Positions 42,550-53,983 of a stretch of DNA of 64,000 nt are shown here, one piece after another (position 1 is the first letter of the stretch; each line of letters begins with the position of its first letter). This DNA comes from Sedimentisphaerales bacterium (lineage in GTDB: Bacteria > Planctomycetota > Phycisphaerae > Sedimentisphaerales > Anaerobacaceae). The stretch is taken from contig OY970194.1 of NCBI GenBank assembly GCA_963708075.1, positions 1,088,001-1,152,000 of the forward strand. The letters are read 5' to 3'. Under the pieces are notes generated by a model. The model did no database searches. It was given only the letters and a program-made list of their open reading frames with translations, and had not been told where the DNA came from. A program made the position numbers and the translations under genes.

Positions 42550-42984
42550 TCAGTAATCCAAAGTCAGGATTCGGCCCTTGGTGAAGGTGAAGAACTTGTC
42601 CTTGTCGGCGATCTGGATGCCTTCGGCGAGGTCTTGGGCAGTCTTCCCGGCCGCCTGGAGGCACCCGGGGCAGGCCATGATCGTCACCTTCTTGTCCAGC
42701 AGTCTGCGGATCAGGGTCTGGGAGGATGGCATCTGGGAGAACTGGATGTCCGGTGCATCTTTCAGACACGCCTCGATCCCCTTGATGTCGAAGTAGACCA
42801 GGACGTCTCTCTGCTCCTGCATGATCTCGGCCATCCGCAGGGCCATCATGACCCGATGGGGGTCATCCCTGCCGCGACTGATATGGATGAACACGCCATC
42901 CCGCGGCTCCGGCCCGGGAGCTTTCATTGCCGCAATGCCGCCAACCAGCACCAATCCGATCAGAAACAGCCATCTGCCTTTCAT
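42550..42984 (-). CDS. Exported DsrE family protein
   Basis: Signal peptide; VYFDIKGI, IMACPGC. Confidence 0.75.
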   Translation of the reverse strand: MKGRWLFLIGLVLVGGIAAMKAPGPEPRDGVFIHISRGRDDPHRVMMALRMAEIMQEQRDVLVYFDIKGIEACLKDAPDIQFSQMPSSQTLIRRLLDKKVTIMACPGCLQAAGKTAQDLAEGIQIADKDKFFTFTKGRILTLDY

Positions 42985-43315
42985 CGTGTGCTCTCCTTTC
43001 ATGTCCGCCGTTCACGTCGGCCAACAATCGACCGCCCGGCACCATGAAAGACAAAGACCCGCTCCCGCCCGTATCAGGAATTTCCTTGCCCGCTGTCCGG
43101 GCCAGGCGGTACAATAGAGCCAGACTAAGGAACGAAGGCGGGCAATCGCATTATCATAAGCTTTCGTCGTTATCATACTTCATTCGTTTCTCATTCATCC
43201 CCGCCCGCCTCCGCAAGCCATGGATGTCTGTGCAGCCGGTGAGTATCCAAGTGATTCGCCCCGGCGGCATGCTCATTATCCATATTCATCATCCATCGTT
43301 AAAGGAGGCAAAGAG

Positions 43316-45967
43316 ATGGAGGGAAACGAAAAAGCCAGGTTCACAATCGCCGCATGTGTCTTCACGCTGGCCCTATGTCCCGCAGGCATCGCCAGGACCA
43401 TCTACGTAGCGAACGACGCCCCGGCAGACTTCACCACGATCCAGGCAGCCATCGACGACGCCAACGACGGCGACACCGTCATCATCCAGCCCGGCACCTA
43501 CACCGGCCCCGGCAACCGAGACATCAGCATCAAGAACAAGGTCATCACTGTACAGAGCGTCGATCCCAACGATCCGAACGTCGTGGCTGCGACGGTTATC
43601 GATTGCGAGGGCACACAGAGTGCTCCTCACCGCGGCTTCTATTTCTCCAACGCCAGAAATGCGCCAAGTCCCACTTTGGCTGGCCTGACCATAATTCACG
43701 GCTATGAAATCAACGGCGGGGGCATCTACTGTATCGAAGATGCCAGCCCGATGATTCGCAATTGCCGCCTCATAGGCAATCATGCCTGGCGCGGCGGTGG
43801 CCTCTATATTGGCTATGGAACGCCCACTGTGCGGAACTGTGCATTCCTCAACAACTCCGCTTCTCATACCAAGTATAGAGGTGAGGGCGGCGGCATTTTC
43901 TGTGCCAGCAGTTGGACTCCCATCACGATTAGTGGTTGCATAATCGCTGGCAACTCTGCATCCGGCGTGGGGACCGACCCTGGCGCTGGTGGTGGCATGT
44001 ACCTGAACATCTACAGCGGAAGTGTTCGACATTGTACGATCATTGGTAACTCGGCGGATACGGGCGGTGGCATTTACTGTGATGCATATGGTGGTATGGC
44101 TGTCGCGGACTGCATCGTACGCTCGAATAGGGCGTCTCAGGGCCCACAGATCAGTGGCTCAACGCTGGTCTGTTACAGTAATGTGGAGGGAGGTTGGTCG
44201 GGCCTCGAAAACATCGACGCCGATCCCCTGTTTGTGGACCCGGCTTCCGGCGACCGTCATCTTTCCACAGGCTCGCCGTGTATTGATGCGGGAGACCCAC
44301 AGTACGTGCCATACGCAGGTCAGACGGACTGCGACAACCAGCCGAGAGTCATGGGACTACGGGCAGATATGGGCGCTGATGAATTTACGTCTACCCCGAC
44401 TGGCATCCTCGATGTCTACCCGAAGCAATTGGTGTTTCACGCCGATGTCAACGGACCGGCCCCCGAGCGTCAGGTTCTGCACGTCCAAGATGCTGGTTTT
44501 GCACCCCTGACATGGGTTGTTGCTGAGGACTCTCCGTGGCTTGTTGTCACCGAGCCGGCAGATGGGATTGGGGGTGTCAGCCTCGGCATAGGCCCTATGG
44601 GATTGAGCCCCGGCCAGTACGATTGCCAAGTGACGGTCACCGCCGACCACGTCCCCAACAGCCCGCAAGTGGTCGCCGTGAGACTCTATGTGCGAGCCGG
44701 CAGGTATCTGCATGTGCCGTCGCCATACCGCACCATTCAGTCTGCCGTCGAATCGGCCCAGAACGGCGATACTGTGATCATTGCAGAGGGCACCTATACT
44801 GGCTTGGGCAATCGCGACATCGATCTTCGGGGCAAGGCGGTAACCGTCCGAAGCACCGACCCCAACAATCCAGCCATCGTAGGCGCAACAGTCATCCACT
44901 GCGGCGGCACGAAGACCGAACCTCATCGGGGATTCATATTCCAGAGCGGAGAAGATGCGAACTCGGTTCTTGCAGGTCTTACGATCACGGGGGGATCTGG
45001 CACGGGCGCCGGCATATACGTGGATGGCAGCAGTCCCACCATTCTCTATTGTAACATTACAGGTAATGGGGGCACATCCTTCTCCGGAGGGGGAATCTAC
45101 GTTCGTCTGGGCAGCCCATACATTGGACAGTGCCTGATAGCGGATAACCAATGTGGCGATGACGCCGGACGTGGCGGTGGCATTTACAGTTCGGGTGACC
45201 CTATTATCGTCGATTGCATCATCAGATCGAACGGAAGGGCGAAAGATGGCGGCGGAATATTCTTCAACGGTGGCAGCCCGGTCGTGAGTGGCTGCGTCAT
45301 TGTCGACAATGACGCGACATTCAGCGGCGGAGCAATCTACTCGCTGTACACAGCAGGGGCTCTGGATCATTGCCTGATTGCTGACAATCGAGCCGGCGGT
45401 ACTGGTGGTGGGACGTGTTTCAGGAACAGCGAGTTGACGGTTCGCAACTGCACGATCGCCGGAAACACGGCTAACAACTCTGCAGGTGGTCTGTATTTCT
45501 CGTTGGGCAAGCTGTCCCTGGTGAACACCATCCTGTGGGCAAATGTCGCCAAGAGTGGCCGTGAGATGGAGATCTATACATGGAGCGGCGCAGTTGATGC
45601 CCGCGGTGGCTTTTACAAGCTAAGCGGCATCGTCGATATCCTGACCTGCGATATTGAGGGTGGGCGGTCAAAGGTGTATGTTCACAGCGATACACGTTGC
45701 CTTCAACTCAACTGGGGGACGAACAACATTGATGCTGATCCTTTGTTCGCAGACCCGGCCAATAGCGACTATCATTTAAAGTCACAGGTGGGGCGGTGGG
45801 AGTCCGGCAGTGGGAGTTGGGTGATCGACGAGGTCACGAGCCCGTGCATCGACGCGGGGGACCCGAACAGCCCTGTGGGGGATGAGCCGGAGCCGAATGG
45901 CGGGCGGATCAATATGGGGGCTTACGGCGGCACGGCCGAGGCGAGTAAATCCTATCCTGGCAAATGA
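43316..45967 (+). CDS. Secreted right-handed beta-helix repeat protein with two tandem modules
   Basis: AAGGAGG RBS; TIQ.A...A..GDTVII..GTYTG.GNRDI occurs twice; GGGIY repeats; C-terminal RINMGAYGGTAEAS. Confidence 0.82.
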   Translation: MEGNEKARFTIAACVFTLALCPAGIARTIYVANDAPADFTTIQAAIDDANDGDTVIIQPGTYTGPGNRDISIKNKVITVQSVDPNDPNVVAATVIDCEGTQSAPHRGFYFSNARNAPSPTLAGLTIIHGYEINGGGIYCIEDASPMIRNCRLIGNHAWRGGGLYIGYGTPTVRNCAFLNNSASHTKYRGEGGGIFCASSWTPITISGCIIAGNSASGVGTDPGAGGGMYLNIYSGSVRHCTIIGNSADTGGGIYCDAYGGMAVADCIVRSNRASQGPQISGSTLVCYSNVEGGWSGLENIDADPLFVDPASGDRHLSTGSPCIDAGDPQYVPYAGQTDCDNQPRVMGLRADMGADEFTSTPTGILDVYPKQLVFHADVNGPAPERQVLHVQDAGFAPLTWVVAEDSPWLVVTEPADGIGGVSLGIGPMGLSPGQYDCQVTVTADHVPNSPQVVAVRLYVRAGRYLHVPSPYRTIQSAVESAQNGDTVIIAEGTYTGLGNRDIDLRGKAVTVRSTDPNNPAIVGATVIHCGGTKTEPHRGFIFQSGEDANSVLAGLTITGGSGTGAGIYVDGSSPTILYCNITGNGGTSFSGGGIYVRLGSPYIGQCLIADNQCGDDAGRGGGIYSSGDPIIVDCIIRSNGRAKDGGGIFFNGGSPVVSGCVIVDNDATFSGGAIYSLYTAGALDHCLIADNRAGGTGGGTCFRNSELTVRNCTIAGNTANNSAGGLYFSLGKLSLVNTILWANVAKSGREMEIYTWSGAVDARGGFYKLSGIVDILTCDIEGGRSKVYVHSDTRCLQLNWGTNNIDADPLFADPANSDYHLKSQVGRWESGSGSWVIDEVTSPCIDAGDPNSPVGDEPEPNGGRINMGAYGGTAEASKSYPGK

Positions 45968-46139
45968 CTTGGCTGGTCAAAGGCGGGAGGCGTAAGAGTG
46001 AACCAAGGGCCGAAAGCGATAGGCGTCGGGGTTGGCGGGATCGAGGGTCTGGGCGGCAAGGGTGATGTAGCCGAGGCGGTGGGCTAAGCAGGCGATGGTG
46101 TAGAAGGGCAGGCGGTCGCGGATGGTTTTGTCGACGGCT

Positions 46140-46343
46140 TTAGGATACATGCACCCATGGCCGAAGGTAGTCTATATGATGCCTGCGAACCTCCGGGGCG
46201 TTCTCCAGGTCCTCAATGTCAGTGTACCTGCCGTGCTCCTTGCGGTAGGTAGTGATCGCGTTGGCCGTGTCCTCGTCGATGCCGGGGATCATGAGCAACT
46301 GTTCCCTGGTCATCTCGTTGAGATTGTATTGGTGCCCAGCCAT
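46140..46343 (-). CDS. Small helix-hairpin-helix (ComEA-like) protein
   Basis: NLNEMTREQLLMIPGIDEDTANAI..YRKEHGRY..IEDL; start uncertain. Confidence 0.7.
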   Translation of the reverse strand: MAGHQYNLNEMTREQLLMIPGIDEDTANAITTYRKEHGRYTDIEDLENAPEVRRHHIDYLRPWVHVS

Positions 46344-46620
46344 AATCGACTCCAAGTTCACACAATCTGACACTGTACGAGCCTTCTCGTGCGGCGGCTA
46401 TAGGGTGAACCCTGCATTTCTTATGGAGGAGTACTGACGGGCTGCTGTGCTGTCCGGCCCGGAGGCCGGCGATGGGTCCAGCACACGGCTCGCCGCATCT
46501 CTTGGCCAAAGGATGTGAAAATCGGCGAATTCCGGTGCAAAAAGGTTGACGAGAGTAAGTTGATACTGTATTGATTGTATCCGAACGGAGACGCCCATCC
46601 GTCAGTGAAAGGAGACCGCT

Positions 46621-46803
46621 ATGAAGGCAAGAGTCGAGGATACCTGCACCGCATGTGGACTGTGCTGTGACACCTGCCCCGATGTCTTCGAGATGGGCGA
46701 TGACATAGCCACGGTCATCACCGCCCAGGTGCCGGACGAGTACCGGGAACTTGCCCTGCAGGCCGCCGATGAATGTCCCGTCGGAGCGATCGTCGTCGCG
46801 TAA
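46621..46803 (+). CDS. Monocluster ferredoxin
   Basis: CTACGLC...CPDVF...ECPVGAI; AAGGAG RBS. Confidence 0.92.
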   Translation: MKARVEDTCTACGLCCDTCPDVFEMGDDIATVITAQVPDEYRELALQAADECPVGAIVVA

Positions 46804-46804
46804 C

Positions 46805-47614
46805 TCAACGCGACAGTTCTCTGCTCCTGTCGCGGGCGGCGGTCAACGCCCGGCCGACAAGCTGCTCAAAGCCGGCCTCGGCAAAGATCCGCAGGGCCGC
46901 CTCGGTCGTTCCGCCGGGAGACGTCACCTTGCGGCGGAGCATGGAGGGATCTTCGTTGTTCTTGTCCGCCTCCACCGCGAGCAGACTGGCCCCCTTGGCG
47001 GTCTGCAACACGAGGTCCCTGGCGACATCGGCGGGCAATCCTAATGTGGCGCCCGCCTGCATCATGGCCTCCATCAGCAGGAAGAAATAGGCGGGACCGC
47101 TGCCGCTGACGGCCGTGACTGCGTCGATCAAGCCTTCCTCATCCACCACCACCGCTTTGCCCACGGCGGAGAAGATCGAGAGGGCTTGTCCGAGCCGGGG
47201 CCGGGCCCTGTCGTTGGCGAACAGGGCACTGACGCCCTCGCTGATCAGTGCCGGCGTGTTGGGCATGACACGGATGATCGCCACGTCGCCGAGCGCCGCC
47301 GCGATTTTGGCAACTTTCACCCCCGCCGCGATGGAGACCACGAGCTTGCCGCCAACGCCCGTGCCTTTAATGCTGTCGAGAGCACCGGCCATCGTCTGCG
47401 GCTTGACACTCAGGACGATTGTCTCGCTGCGCTGGACGACGCGTGCGTTGGCGTCCATTGCCACGACGCCGTACTTCTTCGCCAGCTCTTCGAGACGCTC
47501 CTTTCGAATGTCACTGATGAAGACATCGCCCGGCGCGTACACTTTGGCCGTGAGAATTCCCTTGATGAGGGCTTCGGCCATGTTGCCGCTGCCGATGAAA
47601 CCGATTGTGCCCAC
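46805..47614 (-). CDS. proC: Pyrroline-5-carboxylate reductase
   Basis: GFIGSGNMA, VKPQ, RVMPNTP, SGSGPAY, VTSPGGTT; GTG start with RBS. Confidence 0.96.
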   Translation of the reverse strand: MGTIGFIGSGNMAEALIKGILTAKVYAPGDVFISDIRKERLEELAKKYGVVAMDANARVVQRSETIVLSVKPQTMAGALDSIKGTGVGGKLVVSIAAGVKVAKIAAALGDVAIIRVMPNTPALISEGVSALFANDRARPRLGQALSIFSAVGKAVVVDEEGLIDAVTAVSGSGPAYFFLLMEAMMQAGATLGLPADVARDLVLQTAKGASLLAVEADKNNEDPSMLRRKVTSPGGTTEAALRIFAEAGFEQLVGRALTAARDRSRELSR

Positions 47615-47718
47615 GTCGCTCTCCTTGTCTGCCCGGTTGCACTCCTGGCCGCAGACTCTACAATAGCTGCTTGTCGCTGTGCCGCGTACAACTATAGGCC
47701 TGGTCCGGGAGAAAGACA

Positions 47719-48231
47719 ATGCAAAAGCAGGTGGAGTTCGCCGAGGCGGTCAAGACGAAGTACCCCGAGCAGACGGTCATTGCCGTCGCCAGGGACAGTG
47801 CGGGTAAGGCCAATCCGATCACGCTGGGCTGGACGATGTTTGCGTCGGGCAGCCCGCCGATGATGGCCATCGCGGTGGCCGCGGGACACTACTCCGTCCA
47901 GGCCATCGAGCACTCCAGGTGCTTCACGATCGCGTACCCGTCGGCCGAGATGACGCAGGATGCCCTGTTTTTCGGCTCCCGGTCCGGCCGGAACATCGAC
48001 AAGTTCGCCCAGTCCAACTGCAGGACGGAGCCGGCAAAGCAGATCGATTCGGTCCTGCTCGCGGACGCCGTGGCGAACTTCGAGTGTGCCCTGGAATCGC
48101 AGATGCCGGCGGGCGACCACATCATCTATGTGGGCAAAGTCGTCGCCGCCCACGTCAACACGGAGCCGGCGAATCGTCTCTATACAATCGCCCCCGGCCA
48201 CAAGCTCGGTGCGGTGACTCCCTGCGACTAG
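47719..48231 (+). CDS. Flavin reductase family protein
   Basis: PPMMAIAV, GSRSGRNIDKF, ANFEC, GDHIIYVGKV. Confidence 0.88.
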   Translation: MQKQVEFAEAVKTKYPEQTVIAVARDSAGKANPITLGWTMFASGSPPMMAIAVAAGHYSVQAIEHSRCFTIAYPSAEMTQDALFFGSRSGRNIDKFAQSNCRTEPAKQIDSVLLADAVANFECALESQMPAGDHIIYVGKVVAAHVNTEPANRLYTIAPGHKLGAVTPCD

Positions 48232-48236
48232 CCTTG

Positions 48237-48323
48237 GCCGGGTGCCATGTCTACACTCGCGTGGACATGCGTTGCCCATCACGGGAGAAACATGCTTATG
48301 CAAGCGTAAGCATGGCACCCGGC
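48237..48323. repeat. GGGTGCCATG-type palindromic repeat
   Basis: GCCGGGTGCCATG...CATGGCACCCGGC; half copy near 60755-60784. Confidence 0.7.
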
Positions 48324-48360
48324 ACCCAGGTTCCATGTGTCCCGATATGGAAGGAAATGC

Positions 48361-49407
48361 ATGATTGACAACTATCTGGAGGACCTCGAACGCAGAATCG
48401 AGCCGCAGGTCGAGGACTCGCTTTTCGAGCAGTGGAAAGTCTTTGCCGGCGGTGGATTCAACGAGCCGATCTTCTCGCCGCGCAGACCCGCGCCGATACC
48501 GCCGTTGGTCGAATGGCCCCACGTGCTTGTCAATGATGCGCTCGCGGATTTTGAAGTAATGGCGATGCAGCAGTTGGAAGGGTGCTCGAAGGTGTTGGCG
48601 GAGGGCGGCGGCGCCTTGCTCGCGGCGCGGTGCAACTACGGCACGGCGATTCTGCCTTCGCTGTTCGGGGGCGAGCTGTTTCTCATGGACAGAGAGATCG
48701 ACACGCTGCCCGCCTGCCGGCCGCTGCCGGGAGGTAGTGACGCGATCAAGCGGCTCCTGGATTGGGGCGTGCCTGATTTGAACGCGGGGCAGGGTGCTGC
48801 CGTGTTCGGGATGGGACAATACTACAAGGAGCTTCTTAAGGGCTACCCCATGCTTTCGGAGCACGTCCATATCTATCATCCGGACCTGCAAGGACCGATG
48901 AACGTCTGCGAGATGCTCTGGGGCGGCTCGCTTTACGTGGACCTGTACGATAAGCCGGACCTGGTCAAGGACTTCCTCTCGCTCATCACAGAAACGTACA
49001 TGTGTTTCATGCGGCGATGGAACGAGCTTTTCCCGGCGCTTGACGGTTTCGCCGTGCACTGGTCGATGCTGCACCGGGGCTGCACCATGATCCGCAACGA
49101 TGCAGCGACGAACCTATCGCCCGCAATGTATGAGGAGTTCGTCCGGCCCTGTGACGAGCGGCTGCTGCATGAATTCGGGGGCGGAGGCATCCACTTTTGC
49201 GGGCGGGGCGATCACTTCATTGCGAAGGTCGCCGAGATACCCGGAGTCTGCGCCGTCAATATCACCCAACCCCACCTGAACGATGCGGAGACAATCTTCC
49301 AGAACACTATCGACCGAGGCATTCAGCTCATCGGCTTCGAGCGACAGGCCGCCGAGCAAGCCCTGCGTCAGGGCAGAAACCTCCGCGGTAACGTTCACTG
49401 CTGGTGA
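48361..49407 (+). CDS. Uroporphyrinogen decarboxylase/MtaA-like superfamily protein
   Basis: PDLQGPMN, LYDKPDLV, LSPAMYEEFVRP, IHFCG. Confidence 0.7.
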   Translation: MIDNYLEDLERRIEPQVEDSLFEQWKVFAGGGFNEPIFSPRRPAPIPPLVEWPHVLVNDALADFEVMAMQQLEGCSKVLAEGGGALLAARCNYGTAILPSLFGGELFLMDREIDTLPACRPLPGGSDAIKRLLDWGVPDLNAGQGAAVFGMGQYYKELLKGYPMLSEHVHIYHPDLQGPMNVCEMLWGGSLYVDLYDKPDLVKDFLSLITETYMCFMRRWNELFPALDGFAVHWSMLHRGCTMIRNDAATNLSPAMYEEFVRPCDERLLHEFGGGGIHFCGRGDHFIAKVAEIPGVCAVNITQPHLNDAETIFQNTIDRGIQLIGFERQAAEQALRQGRNLRGNVHCW

Positions 49408-49408
49408 C

Positions 49409-50026
49409 TTACCGGGTGTACAACTCGATGACCTTGGTCATATCGATCTCGAACGGCAGGCGGACTTCGCCGGGTTCGGGCAGACGCAGGACCTTGGCTG
49501 TCAGGTGCTCGTTATCGACCAAGAGCCACTCCGGCACAGTCGATTCCACGTTCTCGACGGTTGCCACAATCTCGCGAATGGATTCATCGTCGCCCGGCTT
49601 GATCGTGATCTGGTCGCCGGGCTTGACCTGATAGGACGGGATATCCACCTTATGGCCATTGATATAGAAATGGCCGTGGGAAACCATTTGGTGCGCCTGC
49701 CAGATGGTCCTGGCCCAGTGGAGCCGTCGAATCACGTTATCGAGCCGGCTTTCGAGGATCTGCTGCAGCGCCTCGGTAGACGACCCGCGGGTCGTCTGTG
49801 CCTGCTTGATATGGCGGGTGAACTGCCGGTCGCGGACGTCATAATAGGCGCTGAGCTTACGCTTTTCCTGGAGCTGCTCACCATAAAGGCTACGCCGTGC
49901 TCCCCGTTTCTTGCCATGCACGCCGGGCTTCTGGGGGCGCCGCACATTCGTATGCTTAGGCGTCTCGGCGATCGGAGCACCGACCCGCCGGGTCAATCTT
50001 ACTTTCGGGCCGTGGTACGTTCCCAT
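49409..50026 (-). CDS. rpsD: 30S ribosomal protein S4, cysteine-free form
   Basis: GPKVRLTRRVG, YGEQLQEKRK, LESRLDN, QMVSHGH, VDIPSYQVKPGD, VIELYTR. Confidence 0.93.
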   Translation of the reverse strand: MGTYHGPKVRLTRRVGAPIAETPKHTNVRRPQKPGVHGKKRGARRSLYGEQLQEKRKLSAYYDVRDRQFTRHIKQAQTTRGSSTEALQQILESRLDNVIRRLHWARTIWQAHQMVSHGHFYINGHKVDIPSYQVKPGDQITIKPGDDESIREIVATVENVESTVPEWLLVDNEHLTAKVLRLPEPGEVRLPFEIDMTKVIELYTR

Positions 50027-50084
50027 CTCATTTCCCTCGACCTTCTATCCGCGTACTGTAAATTCCCTCTTATTACTACGCAGA

Positions 50085-50952
50085 TCACGAGGGATTGTTG
50101 CGGCGAAACGACGCAACGACAGACTGCACGATAGGCTTCAACCCATCCAGGTATTTCCGGGCGGGTGGACGGGAGTCACCATTTTCCGGCGGCTGTTTGA
50201 TGGTTCCGAGCAGTCTCAGCAGCCCGTCCAGAATGGTGATCGGATGAGGGGGGCAGCCGGGAACGTAGAGATCGACAGGGATGATTGCATCGGCTCCCTG
50301 GCTCGTCTCCGGATCGCCGGCGAACATGCCGCCCGAGATAGCGCAAGCCCCGACGGCAATCACGAGCTTGGGGGCAGGGGTGGCCTCATAGGTCTTCGCG
50401 GAGGGCCAGTTCCATATTCTTCGGGACCGGCCCGGTGATCAGCAGGCCATCCGCGTGCCGGGGGGAAGCGACGAACTGGATTCCGAATCGACCCAGATCG
50501 AACACGACGGTGCTGAGCACATTGGTATCCGCCTCGCAGGCATTGCAGCCGCCGGCGCTGACCTGGCGGAGCTTGAGCGAGCGGCCGAAGAGCCTGCGGG
50601 ACTGATCGTTCAAAGCCTCTGCGAGCACGGCCGGGCGGGTATCCACGATCAACGCCTCGCGGGTGCGTGCGGCAAGACTGTATTGCCCGGTGAACTGGAT
50701 CGCCTTGGTCGGGCAGGCATCTGCGCAGTCGGTGCAGAACAGGCATCGCCCCATATCGATGGAGAGAACATCGCTCTTTCTGCTCAGCGCGCTCGTCGGG
50801 CACACCTGGATGCAGGCTTGGCAATCTTTCCGGCATTGGGTGGCATCCCACTGCGGCCGGCCTGCGTATCGCTCCGGCAGCGCCGGCGGCTTGTCCGGAA
50901 AGCCAATCGTGCGGAAACCCTGTTTCAGCCTTGCCTGTAACGCTCTCAGCAT
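50085..50952 (-). CDS. Ehr small subunit: 2x[4Fe-4S] ferredoxin fused to a NuoB-like domain (frameshift near 50395)
   Basis: CRKDCQACIQVCP, CLFCTDCADACP, GGCNACE, ASPRHAD, GACAISGG, PGCPP. Confidence 0.85.
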
Positions 50953-50970
50953 AATGCGTATCCCATAAAG

Positions 50971-50997
50971 TTTGAAATTCGAATCTCGAATTTCAAA
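50971..50997. repeat. Perfect 12-bp AT-rich hairpin between Ehr genes
   Basis: TTTGAAATTCGA-atc-TCGAATTTCAAA. Confidence 0.6.
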
Positions 50998-51003
50998 ATC
51001 GGC

Positions 51004-52519
51004 TCACAGATCGTGTCCGCAGTAGGACAGGTTGAAACTTTTGTTGCACAGTGGGAAATCGGAAATCTGCTGGCCGCGCAGGGCCATCGCCAGTCCGAAC
51101 CAGTTGTGGAACGACGGATCGGTGATCTTGTAACGTCGCAATCGGCGCCGGTCGTCCGTGATGGCTACATGGCAGATCTCCCCTCGCCAGCCCTCGACCA
51201 GCGCCACCGCCAGATGCTCCGGCGCCGATGGAGGCACCTCCTGCTGAACTGGGCCGGACGGCAGGGCGTGAATCGCGTCGGTGATGAACTCGACGGACTT
51301 TTGAATCTCGAACCATCGCACGTATGCACGGGCGGCAACGTCACCTGTCGGGAAGCTGATCGACGGTAGAAGCTGCGACTGGTAGGTACCCCACGGCAGG
51401 TCGCTGCGGACATCCTGATCGACGCCGCTGGCGCGTGCCACCGGCCCGACGAGTCCAAGCCGCACGGCGTCCTGCCGCGAGACTACCCCCGTTCCGTCGA
51501 AGCGGGACATGACCGAGGGCGTCTCCCACAGCAGATTGGTGGCATTTTGCACGGCCTCGAGTGTTCTATGCAGACGAGTCACAACGTCGTCCATCACTTG
51601 CGGAGTCGGATCGAATCGCACGCCGCCGGGACGGATCAGGCCGCGGCCGAAGCGGTTGCCGCACAGCAGGGCGGTCATATTCAGGAAGTCGCCCCGCAGC
51701 CGGCCACAATAGGAAGCAGTGGGCAGATACCCCACGTCGCCGGCCAGTGCACCCAGGTCGCCGGTGTGGTTGGCCAGACGCTCCAGCTCCAGGGCGATCG
51801 CACGAAGTGCGTGAGCCCGCGGGGAGACCGTCGCGTCGCCGAGCGCCTCCATGATCGAGGCATACGCCGTGGCATGCCCGACCGTAGTGTCCCCGGCGGC
51901 TGTCTCCATGTAGTGTGCCGTGCGCGGGTTTGGGCCGCTGACGAGGGCCCGCTCGATGCCCCGGTGCTGATAGCCGAGCTCGATTTCCAGGTGCAGGACG
52001 TTCTCGCCGTGACATTGGAAACGGAAGTGGCCCGGCTCGATGATCCCGGCGTGCACCGGGCCGACGGCGACCTCGTGGATTTCCTCGCCTTCCACGCGGT
52101 AGTAGTCGGTCACGCAGGGTTCGATCGGTGTTCCTTTCGCGCGGCCCCACGCATCGCGGTCGCCGTTGTAGGATGCATGGAACCGGATCGGCTTGAGCCA
52201 CGGATGTCCCTGCGGCACGATCCCCCATTGCTCGGCGATCTCCCGCTCGAACCAATGAGCCTGGGGGACATCGGGCGTCGAGGGCCGGATAGCTGTCGCG
52301 GACCCGCGTCCGGCACAACTCCAGCATGCCTTGTGCATCGTTCGTCAGCACAAGGATCAGCATGATCCCGTCGCCGTCCGGCATGCCGAACAGGGAGGAG
52401 ATTCGTCTGCCCTTGCGAACGCGTTCGATCACGGCGGCACGGAACTCCGGCATCGCCAGCTCCGGAATCTCCTTGAGGGCAATCGCCTGACCGTTGTGCA
52501 GTTGAGGCAGCGGGATCAT
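51004..52519 (-). CDS. Ehr large subunit, NuoCD/HyfG-like without Ni-Fe ligands (frameshift near 52279)
   Basis: WFEREIAE, VGPVHAGIIEPGHFRF, HRGIE, ELERLANH, EGWRGE; no CxxC pairs; ends NKSFNLSYCGHDL. Confidence 0.88.
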
Positions 52520-53983
52520 TTCGTCACTCCTGTGAGCAGTTGTGCCGCGTCATGGAGCTTATCGACCAGCGGGCCGGGCAGATACACGCCCAGGACAATC
52601 GCCAGCACGGCGAAGACCACGGGTGAGGCAATCGCGGTGAGCGGCTCACGAGACGCGATCCACTTCGGACCGCCCCAGGGCCATCCGCAGAACGATTCCG
52701 GACATGCCGACAAACGCCAGCAGCAGGAATGCGAGGTAGAGCCCGGCGATGACCCAGCGGCCCTGATCGAGAATCGCCCGGAGGATCGTGAACTCGCTGA
52801 CGAACGTCCCGAACGGGGGCGATCCCGTCACAGCCAGGAACCCCGCGATCCACAGAGCGCCGGAGATCGGCAGGGCATGGCACGCGCCCTGGATCTTCAT
52901 CGTGGATTTCGTGTTGAACCGGGCCAGGATGTTGCCCGCCGTGAAGAAGAGCATGGCCTTGACGATGGAATGGTTGACCGTGTGCAGGAACGAGCCGAAC
53001 AATCCCAGGCCGCCCAGACCGACCCCGAGGGCGAGGATGCCCATGTGCTCCACACTCGAGTACGCGAGCATGCGTTTGTAGTCGGCCTGGTGCAGGATAA
53101 AGACGCCGGCCAGGCCCATGGACAGAAGGCCGAAAAGGATCAGCAGGTCGCCGCCAAATGATGCCATGCCGGCTGCTGCACAGATTTGCTGTACGCGCAG
53201 GATGCCGAGAAAGGCACAGTTCAGCAGCGCGCCGGAGAGCAATGCGGAAACCGGCGACGGCGCTTCGCTGTGTGCGTCCGGCAGCCACGTGTGCAGCGGC
53301 GCCAGGCCCATCTTGGTCCCGTACCCGACCAGCATGAAGATGAATGCGGTGCTCAGCCATTTATGGTTCAGCGTGCCCGCGTGCTCCAGCAAGGCGGCAA
53401 GCGTCAGATCGTGTGGGCCGTCCTGGACCGTCATGCGGATGAAGAATATGCCCAGCAGGGCCAGCGCGATGCCGACGGAGCACAGGATCAGGTACTTCCA
53501 GGCGGCCTCCAGCGACCGGCGGTTCTGGTGGTAGTAGATCAGCGGGGCACTGGCGAGCGTCGTGGCTTCAATCGCCACCCACTGAAGGGCCAGATGCCGG
53601 CTCAGAATCGCCAGGCTCATCGTGGCCAGCAGCAGGAGCGATCCGCCTGTAAACACCGATTCCGGCTCGTTCTTGAAGAGGCTGCCGTCCTCGAAATCCC
53701 GCCGGAGTGTCACGGGCTCTCTGGACACGTACCCAATTCCGTAAATCGTGGCCCCGAGGAAAAGCAGGCTCGTCAGGACGAGGAAGATGGCGCTGAGGGA
53801 GTCCATACCAATCCAATGATCGAGCGGAGTCCCGCCCGCCGGCAGCGCCGCTGCGATGGACATCGCCAGATGGGAGCCGGCCACGGCCACCCACAGGAAC
53901 CGCCTCAGACCGTTCCACCGGATAAAGTACGATGCCGTCCCGGCCGCCGCGGGGAGCAGGATAATCCACCACAGGAGCGTCAT
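52516..53983 (-). CDS. hyfF: HyfF-like antiporter-type membrane subunit (frameshift near 52653)
   Basis: WVAIEATTLASA, EAAWKY, KMGLAPLHTWLPDAHSEAP, KRMLAYSSVEH. Confidence 0.85.
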
